A DNA stretch of 64,000 bases from Myxococcales bacterium. GTDB lineage: Bacteria; Myxococcota_A; Polyangia; Polyangiales; Ga0077539. Each line of letters starts with the position of its first letter. The stretch's first letter is position 1. A program made the translations under genes and the position numbers. This document shows positions 18,698-28,390 of the stretch, piece by piece. The notes under the pieces are model-generated. The model was given only the letters and a program-made list of their open reading frames with translations. It did no database searches and was not told the origin of the DNA. The stretch covers positions 153,846-217,845 of the forward strand of contig JAEUKH010000043.1 of assembly GCA_016792845.1 (NCBI GenBank), given 5' to 3'.

Positions 18698-20773
18698 TCA
18701 TCGCACGAGGTTCACCTGCAAGACCACCAGCCCGTGCGGGCTCGTCCCTTGCTCGATGACCACGTCGCGGTAGCCCTCTTTTCGCACCGTCAGCCGCCGC
18801 GGACGGGCCCGCACCTCAGCCCGAACGAGCACCATTTCGAGCGGCGTCATCCCGAGCACGGAGTCGCCCTCGAACACCCGCGCGCTCGGGGGGTTGCTCA
18901 CCACGCGGATCCGAAACTGCCCCGTCGAGAGCGGATCTGCCGGGGTCGCCCCGGTGAGCGCCAGAAAAGAGCTCTGGAGCGCCTCGCGCTGGCTGTACCC
19001 CAACGCCCCGAGCCCGCCCACGAGGCCGAGCAAGATCAACCATCCGAGCCACGCGCCCTTCGCCCCCCCGGGAGCGGGCCCCGCCGCGTGCATCGCCGTA
19101 GGGGCCCCTGGCAACGCGTAGAAGGCGCCCTGAGGCCCTTGGGCGACCCCGACCGCCTGGGCGTGGCTCCAGGGCCCCTGCGAGCCCCCTAGGCCCCCTA
19201 GGCCGCCTTGACCACCCTGAACGGCAGACAGCGACGGCGCCATGGGGGCCACCGGCGGAGGCAGCCCTGCACCTTGCCAGAGCGCGTCGCGGCCTTCGAT
19301 GAGGGTGTCGAGGTCGGGGGCCGAGGCGCGGTGCTCGACGGCGCCGGGGTTGGTGGGGGCGTTGGGCCCGTCACCGAAGGCGTCGGGGTCGTAGCTGCCG
19401 TCGAGCCGGGTGTTGCGCTCGCGCTCGGGGGCGGCGACGGGGCGCGGCACCGCGGGGAGCTGCCCCGAGGCCAGGGGTTCGATCACCGCCACCATGTCGC
19501 GGATGGTGCGCGAGGCGAGCCCGTCGCGTTGGTTCACCAGGGTCTCGAACTGCTCGTCGTCGTTCTCGTCGGTGGCGGTGCCTTCGTGGGCCGCTTCGGC
19601 CCCGAGCGGCGCGATGGGCGCGATGCCGAGCGAGCGTACGTCGAGGGCGTCTTGGTTCGGGGCGAGGGTCTGGCCCCCGCCGGGCTTGAGCTCGCCGGTC
19701 ACCGAGAGCCCGAGGGCGAGCCCCGGGCGCCGGGCCCCGGGCCGCGCGAACTCGCGGATGATGCGGCGGTTCTCTTCGAGCATCTCGCCGAAGGCCTGGC
19801 GCATCTCGCCGGCCACGTCGTTGCGGGTGGCGCCGCTCAGCTCGGCCTGGATCACCGCTTCGAGGTCTTGCCGCATCGCCTCGGCGGTGGCGTAGCGCTG
19901 GTCGCGGTCGCGGGCGAGAGACTTCGCGAGCACGGCGTCGAGCCCGAGCGGCGCGTCGCGACGGAAATCGCGCACCGAGGGCAGGGCCATGCCCATGATG
20001 TTCTTGTACGTCACCGCGTCGTTGGGGCCCTTGAAGAGCCGCCGCCCGGTGGTCATCTCCCACAGAAGGACGCCCATCGACCAGAGGTCTGTGCGGCGGT
20101 CGATGGGGTTGGGGTAAAACTGCTCGGGGGCCATGTACGCGAGCTTGCCCTTGAGCATCCCCGTGCGGGTGGCCTCGTCTTGGAGGGTGGCCTTCGCGAT
20201 GCCGAAATCGAGCACCTTGGCCACGCCGTCGAGGGTGACAAAGAGGTTCGACGGGGTGACGTCGCGGTGCACCACCTGCAACGGGCGGCCGTCGAAATCG
20301 CGCAGCTCGTGCGCGTGATGGAGGCCGTCGAGGGCGTCGGTGCCGACCCGCAGGAGCAGGCCCATGGGCACCCCGGCCCCGTCTGCGAGGTACTTCCGCA
20401 CGATGCGGTCGAGCGAGAGGCCTTCGAGGTACTCCATCGCGATGAAGTACTGCCCGTCGATCTCGCCCACCTCTTGGGTGCTCACCACATTGGGGTGGTT
20501 GAGCCGCGCCGCGAGCCGCGCCTCATCGACGAACATCTTCACGAAGTGCTCATCGTGCCCGAGCGACGCGTGCATCTTCTTGACCACCACGAGCTTCTGA
20601 AAGCCCATGTTGCCTTGAAGCATCGCGAGGTGCGCCTCGGCCATGCCCCCTTGGCCGAGCCGCGCGATGAGCGAGTATTTGCCAAATCGTGACGCCTCAT
20701 CGACGGCTTCGCGACTGTCTCGATGATTCGACACGCCGACGCCGAGTCGGCCCCAGATGCCGCCCCACGTCAA
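18698..20773 (-). CDS. Ser/Thr protein kinase with a C-terminal transmembrane segment and PEGA domain
   Basis: 'LGQGGMAEAH' glycine loop, 'VVHRDVTPSNLF' catalytic loop, 'DFGIAK' and 'APE' motifs. TM helix 'WLGWLILLGLVGGLGAL'. PEGA-like 'IRVVSNPPSARVFEGDSVLGMTPLE'. Confidence 0.85.
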   Translation of the reverse strand: MTWGGIWGRLGVGVSNHRDSREAVDEASRFGKYSLIARLGQGGMAEAHLAMLQGNMGFQKLVVVKKMHASLGHDEHFVKMFVDEARLAARLNHPNVVSTQEVGEIDGQYFIAMEYLEGLSLDRIVRKYLADGAGVPMGLLLRVGTDALDGLHHAHELRDFDGRPLQVVHRDVTPSNLFVTLDGVAKVLDFGIAKATLQDEATRTGMLKGKLAYMAPEQFYPNPIDRRTDLWSMGVLLWEMTTGRRLFKGPNDAVTYKNIMGMALPSVRDFRRDAPLGLDAVLAKSLARDRDQRYATAEAMRQDLEAVIQAELSGATRNDVAGEMRQAFGEMLEENRRIIREFARPGARRPGLALGLSVTGELKPGGGQTLAPNQDALDVRSLGIAPIAPLGAEAAHEGTATDENDDEQFETLVNQRDGLASRTIRDMVAVIEPLASGQLPAVPRPVAAPERERNTRLDGSYDPDAFGDGPNAPTNPGAVEHRASAPDLDTLIEGRDALWQGAGLPPPVAPMAPSLSAVQGGQGGLGGLGGSQGPWSHAQAVGVAQGPQGAFYALPGAPTAMHAAGPAPGGAKGAWLGWLILLGLVGGLGALGYSQREALQSSFLALTGATPADPLSTGQFRIRVVSNPPSARVFEGDSVLGMTPLEMVLVRAEVRARPRRLTVRKEGYRDVVIEQGTSPHGLVVLQVNLVR

Positions 20774-20813
20774 GCCCAGAACGCCACCTACACCCGCGTC
20801 AACACAGCGTTCA

Positions 20814-21740
20814 TCACCCGTGCCAGACCGCGCTCGGGCCGAGGCTCGGGGCGTCGACCACGGCCCCCTCGGCGGGCGACCACACCCGGGCCCGCGCCCC
20901 GGCGAGCCGCCCGTCGTCTGAGAGCTCGTAGAGGTTGTAGGCCCCCATGCGCCCCGGGCGCGGGTCGAGCAGCGACGCGCTGGTGGCCCCCAAGACGTGG
21001 AGGGTCTCGCCCGCGTCGCCGTGCAGCGCGGCCTGCCCGCGGTGATGCAGGTGCCCGTGGAGGCTCAGGGTCACCGGCCGACCGCGCGTGAGAAGCTCGC
21101 GGACCGGGTCGGCGTCGTGCCAGCCGCGCAGCAGCCGGGCCATCGTTCGGGTGGGGTTGACCACCGGGTGGTGCGCCACCACCACCGGGGTGCGGGCCTT
21201 GACCTCGGGGTGTTCGAGCAGGGCCTTGAGGGCCTCGAACTGGGCCGCCCCGAGGTGCCCCGAGGCGACCAGCGGCAGCCGCGGCACCGCCGTCGAGAGC
21301 CCCACGATGGCCGCCGGCCCGCGGAGCCTGACGAAGGGGTAGCGCAGCCCCTCTGGGGTGGGCAGGTCGCTCGCGATGTTGGGCCCGAAGTGCTTCGCGA
21401 AGCGCTCGCTGCGCGCGGCCCCGCGGGTGTAGAGGTCGTGGTTGCCGGGCACCACCGTGAGGGCCTCGGCGGGCAAGGCGAGGCGGTCGAGCACCCGACG
21501 GGCGAGGGCGAATTCTTCGTCGAGGGCGAGGTTCGTGAGGTCGCCCGAGACGATCACATGGTCGACGGCGCCGGCCCTGAGGTCGTCGATGAGGGCTTCG
21601 AGCACGGCGGGGCGGTGCTTGTGCTCGCGCTTCATGCGGAGGTTCACCATGCCCGTGAGGCGCTTGTTGAGGTAGAGCCGCGAGGCCGAGACCCCCGCGA
21701 GGTCGAGCAGGTGCAGGTCTGACAGGTGCGCGATCTTCAT
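20814..21740 (-). CDS. Calcineurin-like metallophosphoesterase
   Basis: 'MKIAHLSDLHL', 'VIVSGDLTN' and 'VPGNHD' motifs. Only the C-terminal 308 aa of ORF 20814..22526 are real. ATG at 21740. Confidence 0.8.
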   Translation of the reverse strand: MKIAHLSDLHLLDLAGVSASRLYLNKRLTGMVNLRMKREHKHRPAVLEALIDDLRAGAVDHVIVSGDLTNLALDEEFALARRVLDRLALPAEALTVVPGNHDLYTRGAARSERFAKHFGPNIASDLPTPEGLRYPFVRLRGPAAIVGLSTAVPRLPLVASGHLGAAQFEALKALLEHPEVKARTPVVVAHHPVVNPTRTMARLLRGWHDADPVRELLTRGRPVTLSLHGHLHHRGQAALHGDAGETLHVLGATSASLLDPRPGRMGAYNLYELSDDGRLAGARARVWSPAEGAVVDAPSLGPSAVWHG

Positions 21741-21879
21741 GACGTGCCCGAGAGAGTACGCACCGCGGCGGCGGCGTCGAGTCGCTTGCACCGGCTCGCA
21801 CCGGGCGCGTTGACAGCGACGCGCGAAGCGTGGCGAACTCCGCGCGATTTTCGCGACCGACGCGAGAGGAGCACACACC

Positions 21880-22629
21880 ATGGACAAGACCGTCGCCGAC
21901 GCCCTGGCGGCCTGCGCAGACATCCCCGAGGGGGCCAAGCTCCTCGCGGGGGGCTTTGGGCTTTGTGGCATCCCTGAGAACTGCATCGCCGCGATTCGCA
22001 GCCGCGAGACCCGCAACCTCTGGGTGATCTCGAACAACTGCGGCGTTGACGATTGGGGCCTCGGGCTGCTGCTCAACAACAAGCAGATTCGCAAGATGAC
22101 CTCGTCGTATGTGGGCGAGAACAAGGAGTTCGAGCGGCAGTTTCTCCAGGGCGAGCTCGAGGTCGAGCTGGTGCCGCAGGGCACGCTGGCCGAGCGGCTG
22201 CGCGCGGGGGGCTCGGGCATTCCGGCGTTTTTCACCCCTGCGGGGGTCGGCACCCAGGTGGCCGAGGGCGGGCTGCCGATGCTGTACGGCCCGGGCGGCA
22301 GCATCCGAAAGGCCAGCGAGGCCAAAGAGACCCGCACCTTCGAGGGCCGCGAGTACGTGATGGAGCACGGCATCACCGGCGACTTCGCCATCGTCAAGGC
22401 CTGGCGCGGCGACCGCCACGGCAACCTCCAGTTTCGCGCCTCGTCGCGCAACTTCAACCCCCTCTGCGCGATGGCCGCTCGGGTCACCATCGCCGAGGTC
22501 GAGGAGCTCGTCGAACCGGGCGTCATCGACCCCGACGCGGTGCACCTCGCGGGGGTCTTCGTGCAGCGTATTTTTCAAGGCAAAGACTACGTCAAGCGCA
22601 TCGAGCGGCGCACCGTTCAGAAGGGCTGA
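21880..22629 (+). CDS. scoA: 3-oxoacid CoA-transferase subunit A
   Basis: Full-length match to the family III CoA-transferase alpha subunit ('GGFGLCGIPE'). Confidence 0.9.
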   Translation: MDKTVADALAACADIPEGAKLLAGGFGLCGIPENCIAAIRSRETRNLWVISNNCGVDDWGLGLLLNNKQIRKMTSSYVGENKEFERQFLQGELEVELVPQGTLAERLRAGGSGIPAFFTPAGVGTQVAEGGLPMLYGPGGSIRKASEAKETRTFEGREYVMEHGITGDFAIVKAWRGDRHGNLQFRASSRNFNPLCAMAARVTIAEVEELVEPGVIDPDAVHLAGVFVQRIFQGKDYVKRIERRTVQKG

Positions 22630-22641
22630 GAGGCGAGCACC

Positions 22642-23295
22642 ATGTTGACCCGTGAACAGATCGCCCAGCGCGTGGCGCGCGAGCTCCGCGACGGCTTTTA
22701 CGTCAACCTCGGCATCGGCATGCCCACCCTGGTGCCGAACTACGTCGAAGCCGGCGTCGAGGTCGTGCTCCAGAGCGAGAACGGCGTGCTCGGCGTCGGG
22801 CCCTACCCGGTCGAGGCGAGGGTCGACCCCGACCTCATCAACGCGGGCAAAGAGACCATCACCGTGCGCCCCGGCGCGAGCTTCTTCGACAGCGCCCAGA
22901 GCTTCTCGATGATCCGCGCGGGCAAGATCGACCTGGCCATCCTCGGGGCCATGCAGGTGAGCGAATCGGGCGATCTCGCAAACTGGATGATCCCCGGCAA
23001 GATGGTCAAAGGCATGGGCGGCGCGATGGACCTCGTGCACGGCGCCCGCAAGCTCATCGTCATGATGGAGCACGCCGCCAAAGACGGCACCCCGAAGATC
23101 GTGAAGCGCTGCTCGCTGCCGCTCACGGGCCGCGGCGTGGTGCACAAGATCATCACCGACATGGCCGTGATCGACATCACCGCCGAGGGGCTCTTCTTGC
23201 GCGAGGTGGCGCCCGGCGTGAGCGCCCGCGACGTGCAGGCCATCACCGAGCCCACGCTCAAGATCGAGGGCGAGCTCATCGAGATGCCGGTCTGA
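22642..23295 (+). CDS. scoB: 3-oxoacid CoA-transferase subunit B
   Basis: 'NLGIGMPT' and 'SENG' catalytic Glu context. Lies immediately downstream of subunit A. Confidence 0.9.
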   Translation: MLTREQIAQRVARELRDGFYVNLGIGMPTLVPNYVEAGVEVVLQSENGVLGVGPYPVEARVDPDLINAGKETITVRPGASFFDSAQSFSMIRAGKIDLAILGAMQVSESGDLANWMIPGKMVKGMGGAMDLVHGARKLIVMMEHAAKDGTPKIVKRCSLPLTGRGVVHKIITDMAVIDITAEGLFLREVAPGVSARDVQAITEPTLKIEGELIEMPV

Positions 23296-23317
23296 CCGCA
23301 GCCCCCGCGGCCGGCCC

Positions 23318-25057
23318 TCAGCCGAGCCCTGCGACGAACGCTCGCATCATGCGCCCGAGCGCCGCCTCGGCCCGGGCCCGCGCCGCGGCCATCGCTTCGC
23401 CCGCGCCCACGCGCTCTTTCTGATCAAAATAGAACTTGATCTTGGGCTCGGTGCCGCTCGGCCGCGCCATCACCCGGGAGCCGTCGTCGAGCACGAATTT
23501 CAGCACGTCGCTCGGGGGAAGGCCCGTCGCGACCGGGCGGCCGTCGAGGGTGCCCTCGCCCCGCGCGTAGTCGACCAGGCCCACCACCCTGCGGCCGTCG
23601 AGGGCGCCGGGCGGGGCGGCCCTGAGCCGGGCCATCATCGCCGCGATGGCGCGCTGCCCCTCGGCGCCGGGCAAGGTGACGTTGTGCTGCCCCGACACGA
23701 AGAGCCCGTAGCGGCGCGCGATTTCTTCGAGGCGGTGCTCGAGGGTCTGGCCTCGGGCCTTGAGCCTCGACGCGAGCGAGGCCATCGCGGCGGCCGCGCT
23801 CAGGCCGTCTTTGTCGCGCACGAGGGTGCCCACGCAGTACCCGAGGGCCTCTTCGTAGCCGAAGACGAAGCGGGCCCCGGTGGCCTGGCATCGGGCGTCG
23901 GCGTTGGCGATGATCCATTTGAAGCCCGTGAGGGTCTCGGCGTACTCGGCCCCTTCGGCCGCGGCGATGACGCCGAGGAGGGGCGACGAGACGATGGTCG
24001 TGGCCACGAGCTTGCGATCGCCGCCGGGGTCGCTCACCAGCGCGTCGTGCCCCAGGAGCGCGCCGATTTCGTTGCCGTTGAGCATGCGGTACCGGCCGTC
24101 GGCGCCCCGGAGCCCCACCGCGAGGCGGTCGGCGTCGGGGTCGTTGGCGATCACCAGATCGACCGACTTCTCTGCCGCCAGCGCGAGCGCAAGATCCATC
24201 GCGCCGGGCTCCTCAGGGTTCGGAAAGCGCACCGTCGGGAAGCGCCCGTCTGGGGCCTCTTGCGCCGCCACGCTGTGCACCTCGCCCGCCTCGGCCAAAA
24301 GCCTCGTGGCGAGCCGCGCGCCCACCCCGTGCATCGCCGTGTAGGCCACCGAGAGCCGCGCCGGAGCGCCCCGCGAGAGGGCCCGAACGCCCGCGAGGTA
24401 GGCCGCTTCGAGCGCCTCGCCCAAGCCCACGAGACGCCCCGCGCGGCGCGCCTCGTCGAGCGCACCCGAGGGCACCTCGGCGAGCGACCCGAGGGCCTCG
24501 ATGCGCGCCGCGATGAGTGCGTCGACGGGCGGCACGATCTGCGCGCCGTCTGACCAGTAGACCTTGTACCCGTTGTACTCGGGCGGGTTGTGGCTGGCCG
24601 TGACCATCACCCCGGCGGCGGCGCCGAGGGTCTTCACCGCGAAGGCCGTGCACGGCGTCGGGCCGAGCGCGTCGAAGAGGTAGACCTTGAGCCCGAGGCC
24701 CAGAAAGGCACGGGCCGCGTCTTCGGCGAAGCGGCGCGAGTCGAGGCGGCCGTCGTAGCCCACCACCACGCCGCGCGAGGCCGCGTCGGGCACGCTCTCG
24801 ACGAGGGTCGCGCCGACCCCGTGGCTGGCCTTGAGCACCATCACCCGGTTCATGCGATTGGGCCCCGCCCCGACGACCCCGCGGAGCCCCGCGGTGCCGA
24901 AGGCCAGGGTGGCCCGAAAGCGATCGGCGAGCCCCGCCTCGTCGTCGGCGTCGAGCAGGCTCTGGAGCTCTGCGCGGGTCACCGGGTCAGGGTCTTCGGC
25001 CAGCCATCGCGCAGCGCGGGTGCGAACGGTGATCATGGTGAGGGCGAGCGGTAGCAC
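23318..25057 (-). CDS. Alpha-D-phosphohexomutase (phosphomannomutase/phosphoglucomutase family)
   Basis: 'TASHNPPEYNGYK' active-site serine loop and 'GNEIGALL'. Domain order matches the family. Confidence 0.85.
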   Translation of the reverse strand: MLPLALTMITVRTRAARWLAEDPDPVTRAELQSLLDADDEAGLADRFRATLAFGTAGLRGVVGAGPNRMNRVMVLKASHGVGATLVESVPDAASRGVVVGYDGRLDSRRFAEDAARAFLGLGLKVYLFDALGPTPCTAFAVKTLGAAAGVMVTASHNPPEYNGYKVYWSDGAQIVPPVDALIAARIEALGSLAEVPSGALDEARRAGRLVGLGEALEAAYLAGVRALSRGAPARLSVAYTAMHGVGARLATRLLAEAGEVHSVAAQEAPDGRFPTVRFPNPEEPGAMDLALALAAEKSVDLVIANDPDADRLAVGLRGADGRYRMLNGNEIGALLGHDALVSDPGGDRKLVATTIVSSPLLGVIAAAEGAEYAETLTGFKWIIANADARCQATGARFVFGYEEALGYCVGTLVRDKDGLSAAAAMASLASRLKARGQTLEHRLEEIARRYGLFVSGQHNVTLPGAEGQRAIAAMMARLRAAPPGALDGRRVVGLVDYARGEGTLDGRPVATGLPPSDVLKFVLDDGSRVMARPSGTEPKIKFYFDQKERVGAGEAMAAARARAEAALGRMMRAFVAGLG

Positions 25058-25077
25058 ATCCGGGCGCGCATTTCGGT

Positions 25078-25902
25078 ATGCTCTCGCCCACGATGCAACT
25101 TCGACAGAACCCTCGGGTGGTGGTCACCGGCGCGGGCGGCGGGCTCGGGCGCGCCTTCGCGTACGTGCTGGCCTCGCGCGGCGCGAAGCTGGTGCTCTCA
25201 GACGTCAACGAGGCCGGCCTCGCCGAGACCGCCGACGGGGTGCGGGCCCGCGGCGGCAGCGCCGACACCCTGCGCTGCGACGTGAGCGTGGCGGCCGAGG
25301 TCGAGGCGCTCTTCGACCTCAGCGAGGCCCGACTCGGCGGATGCGACCTGCTCATCAACAACGCCGGGGTCGCGGTGTCGGGCCCGGTGGGCGAGATCCC
25401 GCTGCGCGACTGGGAGTGGATCGTCGGCGTCAACCTCCGCGGGGTCGTGCACGGGTGTCACTATTTCATCCCCGCGATGAAGCGGCGCGGCCGCGGCCAT
25501 GTGCTGAACGTGGCCTCGATCGCGGGCTTCGCGTCGTCGCCCCTGATGGGCCCCTACAACGCCACCAAGGCCGCTGTGATCGCGCTCTCTGAGACCCTCG
25601 CGGGCGAGCTCCGCGGCACCGGCGTGGGCTGCTCGGTGCTCTGCCCGTACTTCTTCCGCACGGGCATCCTCGACAACAGCCGCGCCACGGCGATGCCCGA
25701 CACGTCGAAGGTCACCCGCATCATGGAGTCGACGCGGCAGCAGGCCGAAGAGGTCGCGCGGCTGGCCCTTGAGGGCTGCGAGCGCGACGCGCTCTACATC
25801 TTTCCGCACCGCGAGGCTTGGGCGATCCAGGCCTTCAAGCGCCTCGTGCCGAGCCTCTTGCACCGTCGCCTCGCGGCCGAGATCGCGAAGCGCACGATCT
25901 GA
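25078..25902 (+). CDS. SDR-family oxidoreductase
   Basis: 'VVVTGAGGGLGRA', 'NNAG' and 'YNATKAAV' (YxxxK). Confidence 0.85.
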   Translation: MLSPTMQLRQNPRVVVTGAGGGLGRAFAYVLASRGAKLVLSDVNEAGLAETADGVRARGGSADTLRCDVSVAAEVEALFDLSEARLGGCDLLINNAGVAVSGPVGEIPLRDWEWIVGVNLRGVVHGCHYFIPAMKRRGRGHVLNVASIAGFASSPLMGPYNATKAAVIALSETLAGELRGTGVGCSVLCPYFFRTGILDNSRATAMPDTSKVTRIMESTRQQAEEVARLALEGCERDALYIFPHREAWAIQAFKRLVPSLLHRRLAAEIAKRTI

Positions 25903-25912
25903 GCCGCGACGC

Positions 25913-28378
25913 TCAGCGCGGGCCCAGAAATTCATCGAGCTGCGCGGCGACCCGGGCCTCGGCGGCGGCCAGCGTCGCGCGGCCTGTCTCGTCGAGCGCG
26001 GCCGCGACCGGCGCCTCGGCGTCGAGCCCTACCGCGGCGCTCACCCGCGCGCTGATCTGATCGATCTCGCTCGGGATGAACTGCGTGAAGGCCCGTCGGA
26101 GGTCGGGCAAGAGGAGCTTGAAGGTCTCCCACGGAAGGCCCCCGAGCACCTCATCGACGCACTGTAAGAGCCGCGCAGAGCCGAGAAAAATGTTCTTCGC
26201 CGAGAGAAAGAGCCCGTCGAGGAAGGGCCCCGCCTTGAGCACCTCGTCTCGGCCCCCGCGGAGGTACCGGGTGAGCGCCGCGGCCACCACCTTCTCGCGC
26301 GTCGCGCCCATCGCGAAGAGCACCCCGTAGCCCGCGCCCCGCAGCATAGGCTGGCCGTCTTCGGTCTCGCAGAGGGCGTGGAGCTGCGCGACCCAGAGCC
26401 CCCGATCGAGCCGCGCGGCGTCGAGCGAGAGGGCCGCCCGCTCGACCGTGTGCAGCCCGTCGAGCACCCTCCGGGCCTGGTCGCCCTGGGCGTAGACGCA
26501 GCCCGAGACCGTGAGCGCGCACTTTTGAAAGAGCGCTTCGAGGGTGGCCATGAGCCGCGCGTTGCCCTGGGTCGCGAGGGTGTCGCGGTACTGGTAGAGC
26601 AGCATGAGGTCGGCGAGCCCCCCGGCGAGGCGCTCGAAGCGCGCGTCGCTCGCGATGGCGGCCTCGACGGCCACGAGCACGGCGTCGAAGGCGTCGACGA
26701 GGCCCATCTGGGCGGTCTTCAAGAGCAGCCGCGTGGTCGCCGCGGCGTCGCCCTCGGCCTCGGCCAGCGCGTCGCGGAGACGGTGCGCCGCGGCCTGGGC
26801 GATCGAGGCCCCGCGGTCGCTGAGGTCGACGAGCACCTCGTCGACGCGCTCGCTCCAGCGGAGGCCCCAGGTCTCGCCGAGGAGGTGCAGGTTCTCGCCC
26901 GTCGCGAAATCGGGGCCCTTGAAGAAGCCCGCGGGCACCCCTTGATTGGGCGACCCCTCGCCGAGCCGGGTAAACATCGGCACTTCAAGGAAGGCGCACT
27001 GATGCAAGAACGCGCTCTTCTGCCGGTGCCCCTCGACCCGCCCGACGTCGCACCGCACGGTCTTGGCCTCACCCGAGACGTCGAGCTTGAAGGCCTTGCA
27101 CTGTTGGTAGTAGTCGCGCATCACGGGCACCTTGCCCGCCTCGGGGGTCACCCGGCCCACCCGACGCCCGACGAGCACCTCGCGGGCCGCGGCCTCGACC
27201 ACGCCGCCGTGGAGCCGCGCGTCGCCCTTGATGAGCGCCATTTCGAGCGCGTCGGCGAGGTCTTCGCGGGTGACCTCTCGGTTGCCTCGGAGCCGCGCGA
27301 GGTTCTGCGCGCACTGCCACGCGGTGACGGCGTCGGCGGTGCTGGCGCTGGCCTTCTGCGCCCGCACCCTGCGCATGACCTCGGTGAGCAGCGCGAGCGC
27401 GGCGTGGCTGAAGGGGGTCTCGTCGCCGGCCTCAATGTGCTCCCAAACCGCGTGGTTGTAGCCGGGCAATCGGTTGAGGCCGTAGAGGTTGGCGAGGGCG
27501 GTGTACGCGTGTGCGGTCACCATCGTGTCGAGGTTCTTGTTCTTCGCGAGCTTGCCCTTGGCCGGCACCGTCCACGGGAGGGCGACGGTGTGGAAGGCCC
27601 CGGTGACCACCGCGACGGGCCTGTCTTTGTGGGTCTTCAGCGCGGCGTCGATGCGCTGCCGCATGAAGGCCTCGCGTTGCAGGGTGCCGTCTGCGACGAG
27701 GGCCGCCTCGCCGTCGTCGAGCACGCTGTTTCGCACGCACCACGCGAAGGTGAGCATGGCGCGAAAGTAGCGTTCGGTGCTGGCGTGAAAGCCCTCGGTC
27801 TCGAAGCGGGCGTTCCAGAATTCGTCGAAGTTGCGGCGGCGCTCGGCGAGGCGCAGGGCCTCGAAATAGCGGTTCCGCGCGAGGTGCCCGTCATCGACGG
27901 TCTGCTGCGTCTCGCCCGACGCGAGGTGCTTGTACGCGATGGTCTCGCTGAGCGGCAGGTCACAGAACGCGAGCTCGGCGTCGAGCGCGGCCCCGGCCTT
28001 GAGGGCCACATACTCGGGCGCGTGCTCGGTCAGCGGCCACCACCCGCGGTAGCGCACGGCGATGTCGGCCGAGGGCGAGAGCACGCCGTTCTGCCCGAAC
28101 TGATTGTCGTGATCGCTCAGCGACGAGAACAGCGTGAGCGGCGGCTGGGTCTCGGGGTCGATGATGTACCGAATCAACCCGTCGGCGTCGGCGGGCCCCT
28201 CGACGAGCACCGCCGCGGGCCGCGCCGCTTCGATGGCCTTGCGCACATGCCACGCCGCGGTCGGCGAGAAGTGCCGCACGGGGCACCAGAGCACCCGCGG
28301 GTCGGTGACGATCGCCTCGACGGCGGCCTCGACCTCGGCGGGTCGCGCGGGCGCGTCGGTCTTCTTCCGTGCGGCCAC
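25913..28378 (-). CDS. Large conserved hypothetical protein (821 aa), DUF5682-like partner of the adjacent AAA+ ATPase
   Basis: Coherent, non-low-complexity sequence. Lies 12 bp downstream of the AAA+ gene on the same strand. Family assignment is from recall of the AAA-ATPase plus DUF5682 gene-pair architecture and is unverified. Confidence 0.5.
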   Translation of the reverse strand: MAARKKTDAPARPAEVEAAVEAIVTDPRVLWCPVRHFSPTAAWHVRKAIEAARPAAVLVEGPADADGLIRYIIDPETQPPLTLFSSLSDHDNQFGQNGVLSPSADIAVRYRGWWPLTEHAPEYVALKAGAALDAELAFCDLPLSETIAYKHLASGETQQTVDDGHLARNRYFEALRLAERRRNFDEFWNARFETEGFHASTERYFRAMLTFAWCVRNSVLDDGEAALVADGTLQREAFMRQRIDAALKTHKDRPVAVVTGAFHTVALPWTVPAKGKLAKNKNLDTMVTAHAYTALANLYGLNRLPGYNHAVWEHIEAGDETPFSHAALALLTEVMRRVRAQKASASTADAVTAWQCAQNLARLRGNREVTREDLADALEMALIKGDARLHGGVVEAAAREVLVGRRVGRVTPEAGKVPVMRDYYQQCKAFKLDVSGEAKTVRCDVGRVEGHRQKSAFLHQCAFLEVPMFTRLGEGSPNQGVPAGFFKGPDFATGENLHLLGETWGLRWSERVDEVLVDLSDRGASIAQAAAHRLRDALAEAEGDAAATTRLLLKTAQMGLVDAFDAVLVAVEAAIASDARFERLAGGLADLMLLYQYRDTLATQGNARLMATLEALFQKCALTVSGCVYAQGDQARRVLDGLHTVERAALSLDAARLDRGLWVAQLHALCETEDGQPMLRGAGYGVLFAMGATREKVVAAALTRYLRGGRDEVLKAGPFLDGLFLSAKNIFLGSARLLQCVDEVLGGLPWETFKLLLPDLRRAFTQFIPSEIDQISARVSAAVGLDAEAPVAAALDETGRATLAAAEARVAAQLDEFLGPR

Positions 28379-28390
28379 GCCGAGCGCCTC

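Noticed and set aside
20788-23145. 785-aa minus-strand ORF spanning the phosphoesterase and CoA-transferase region
   Set aside because: Arg/Pro-rich low-complexity product that overlaps clearly real scoA/scoB on the other strand and a different real frame for the phosphoesterase.
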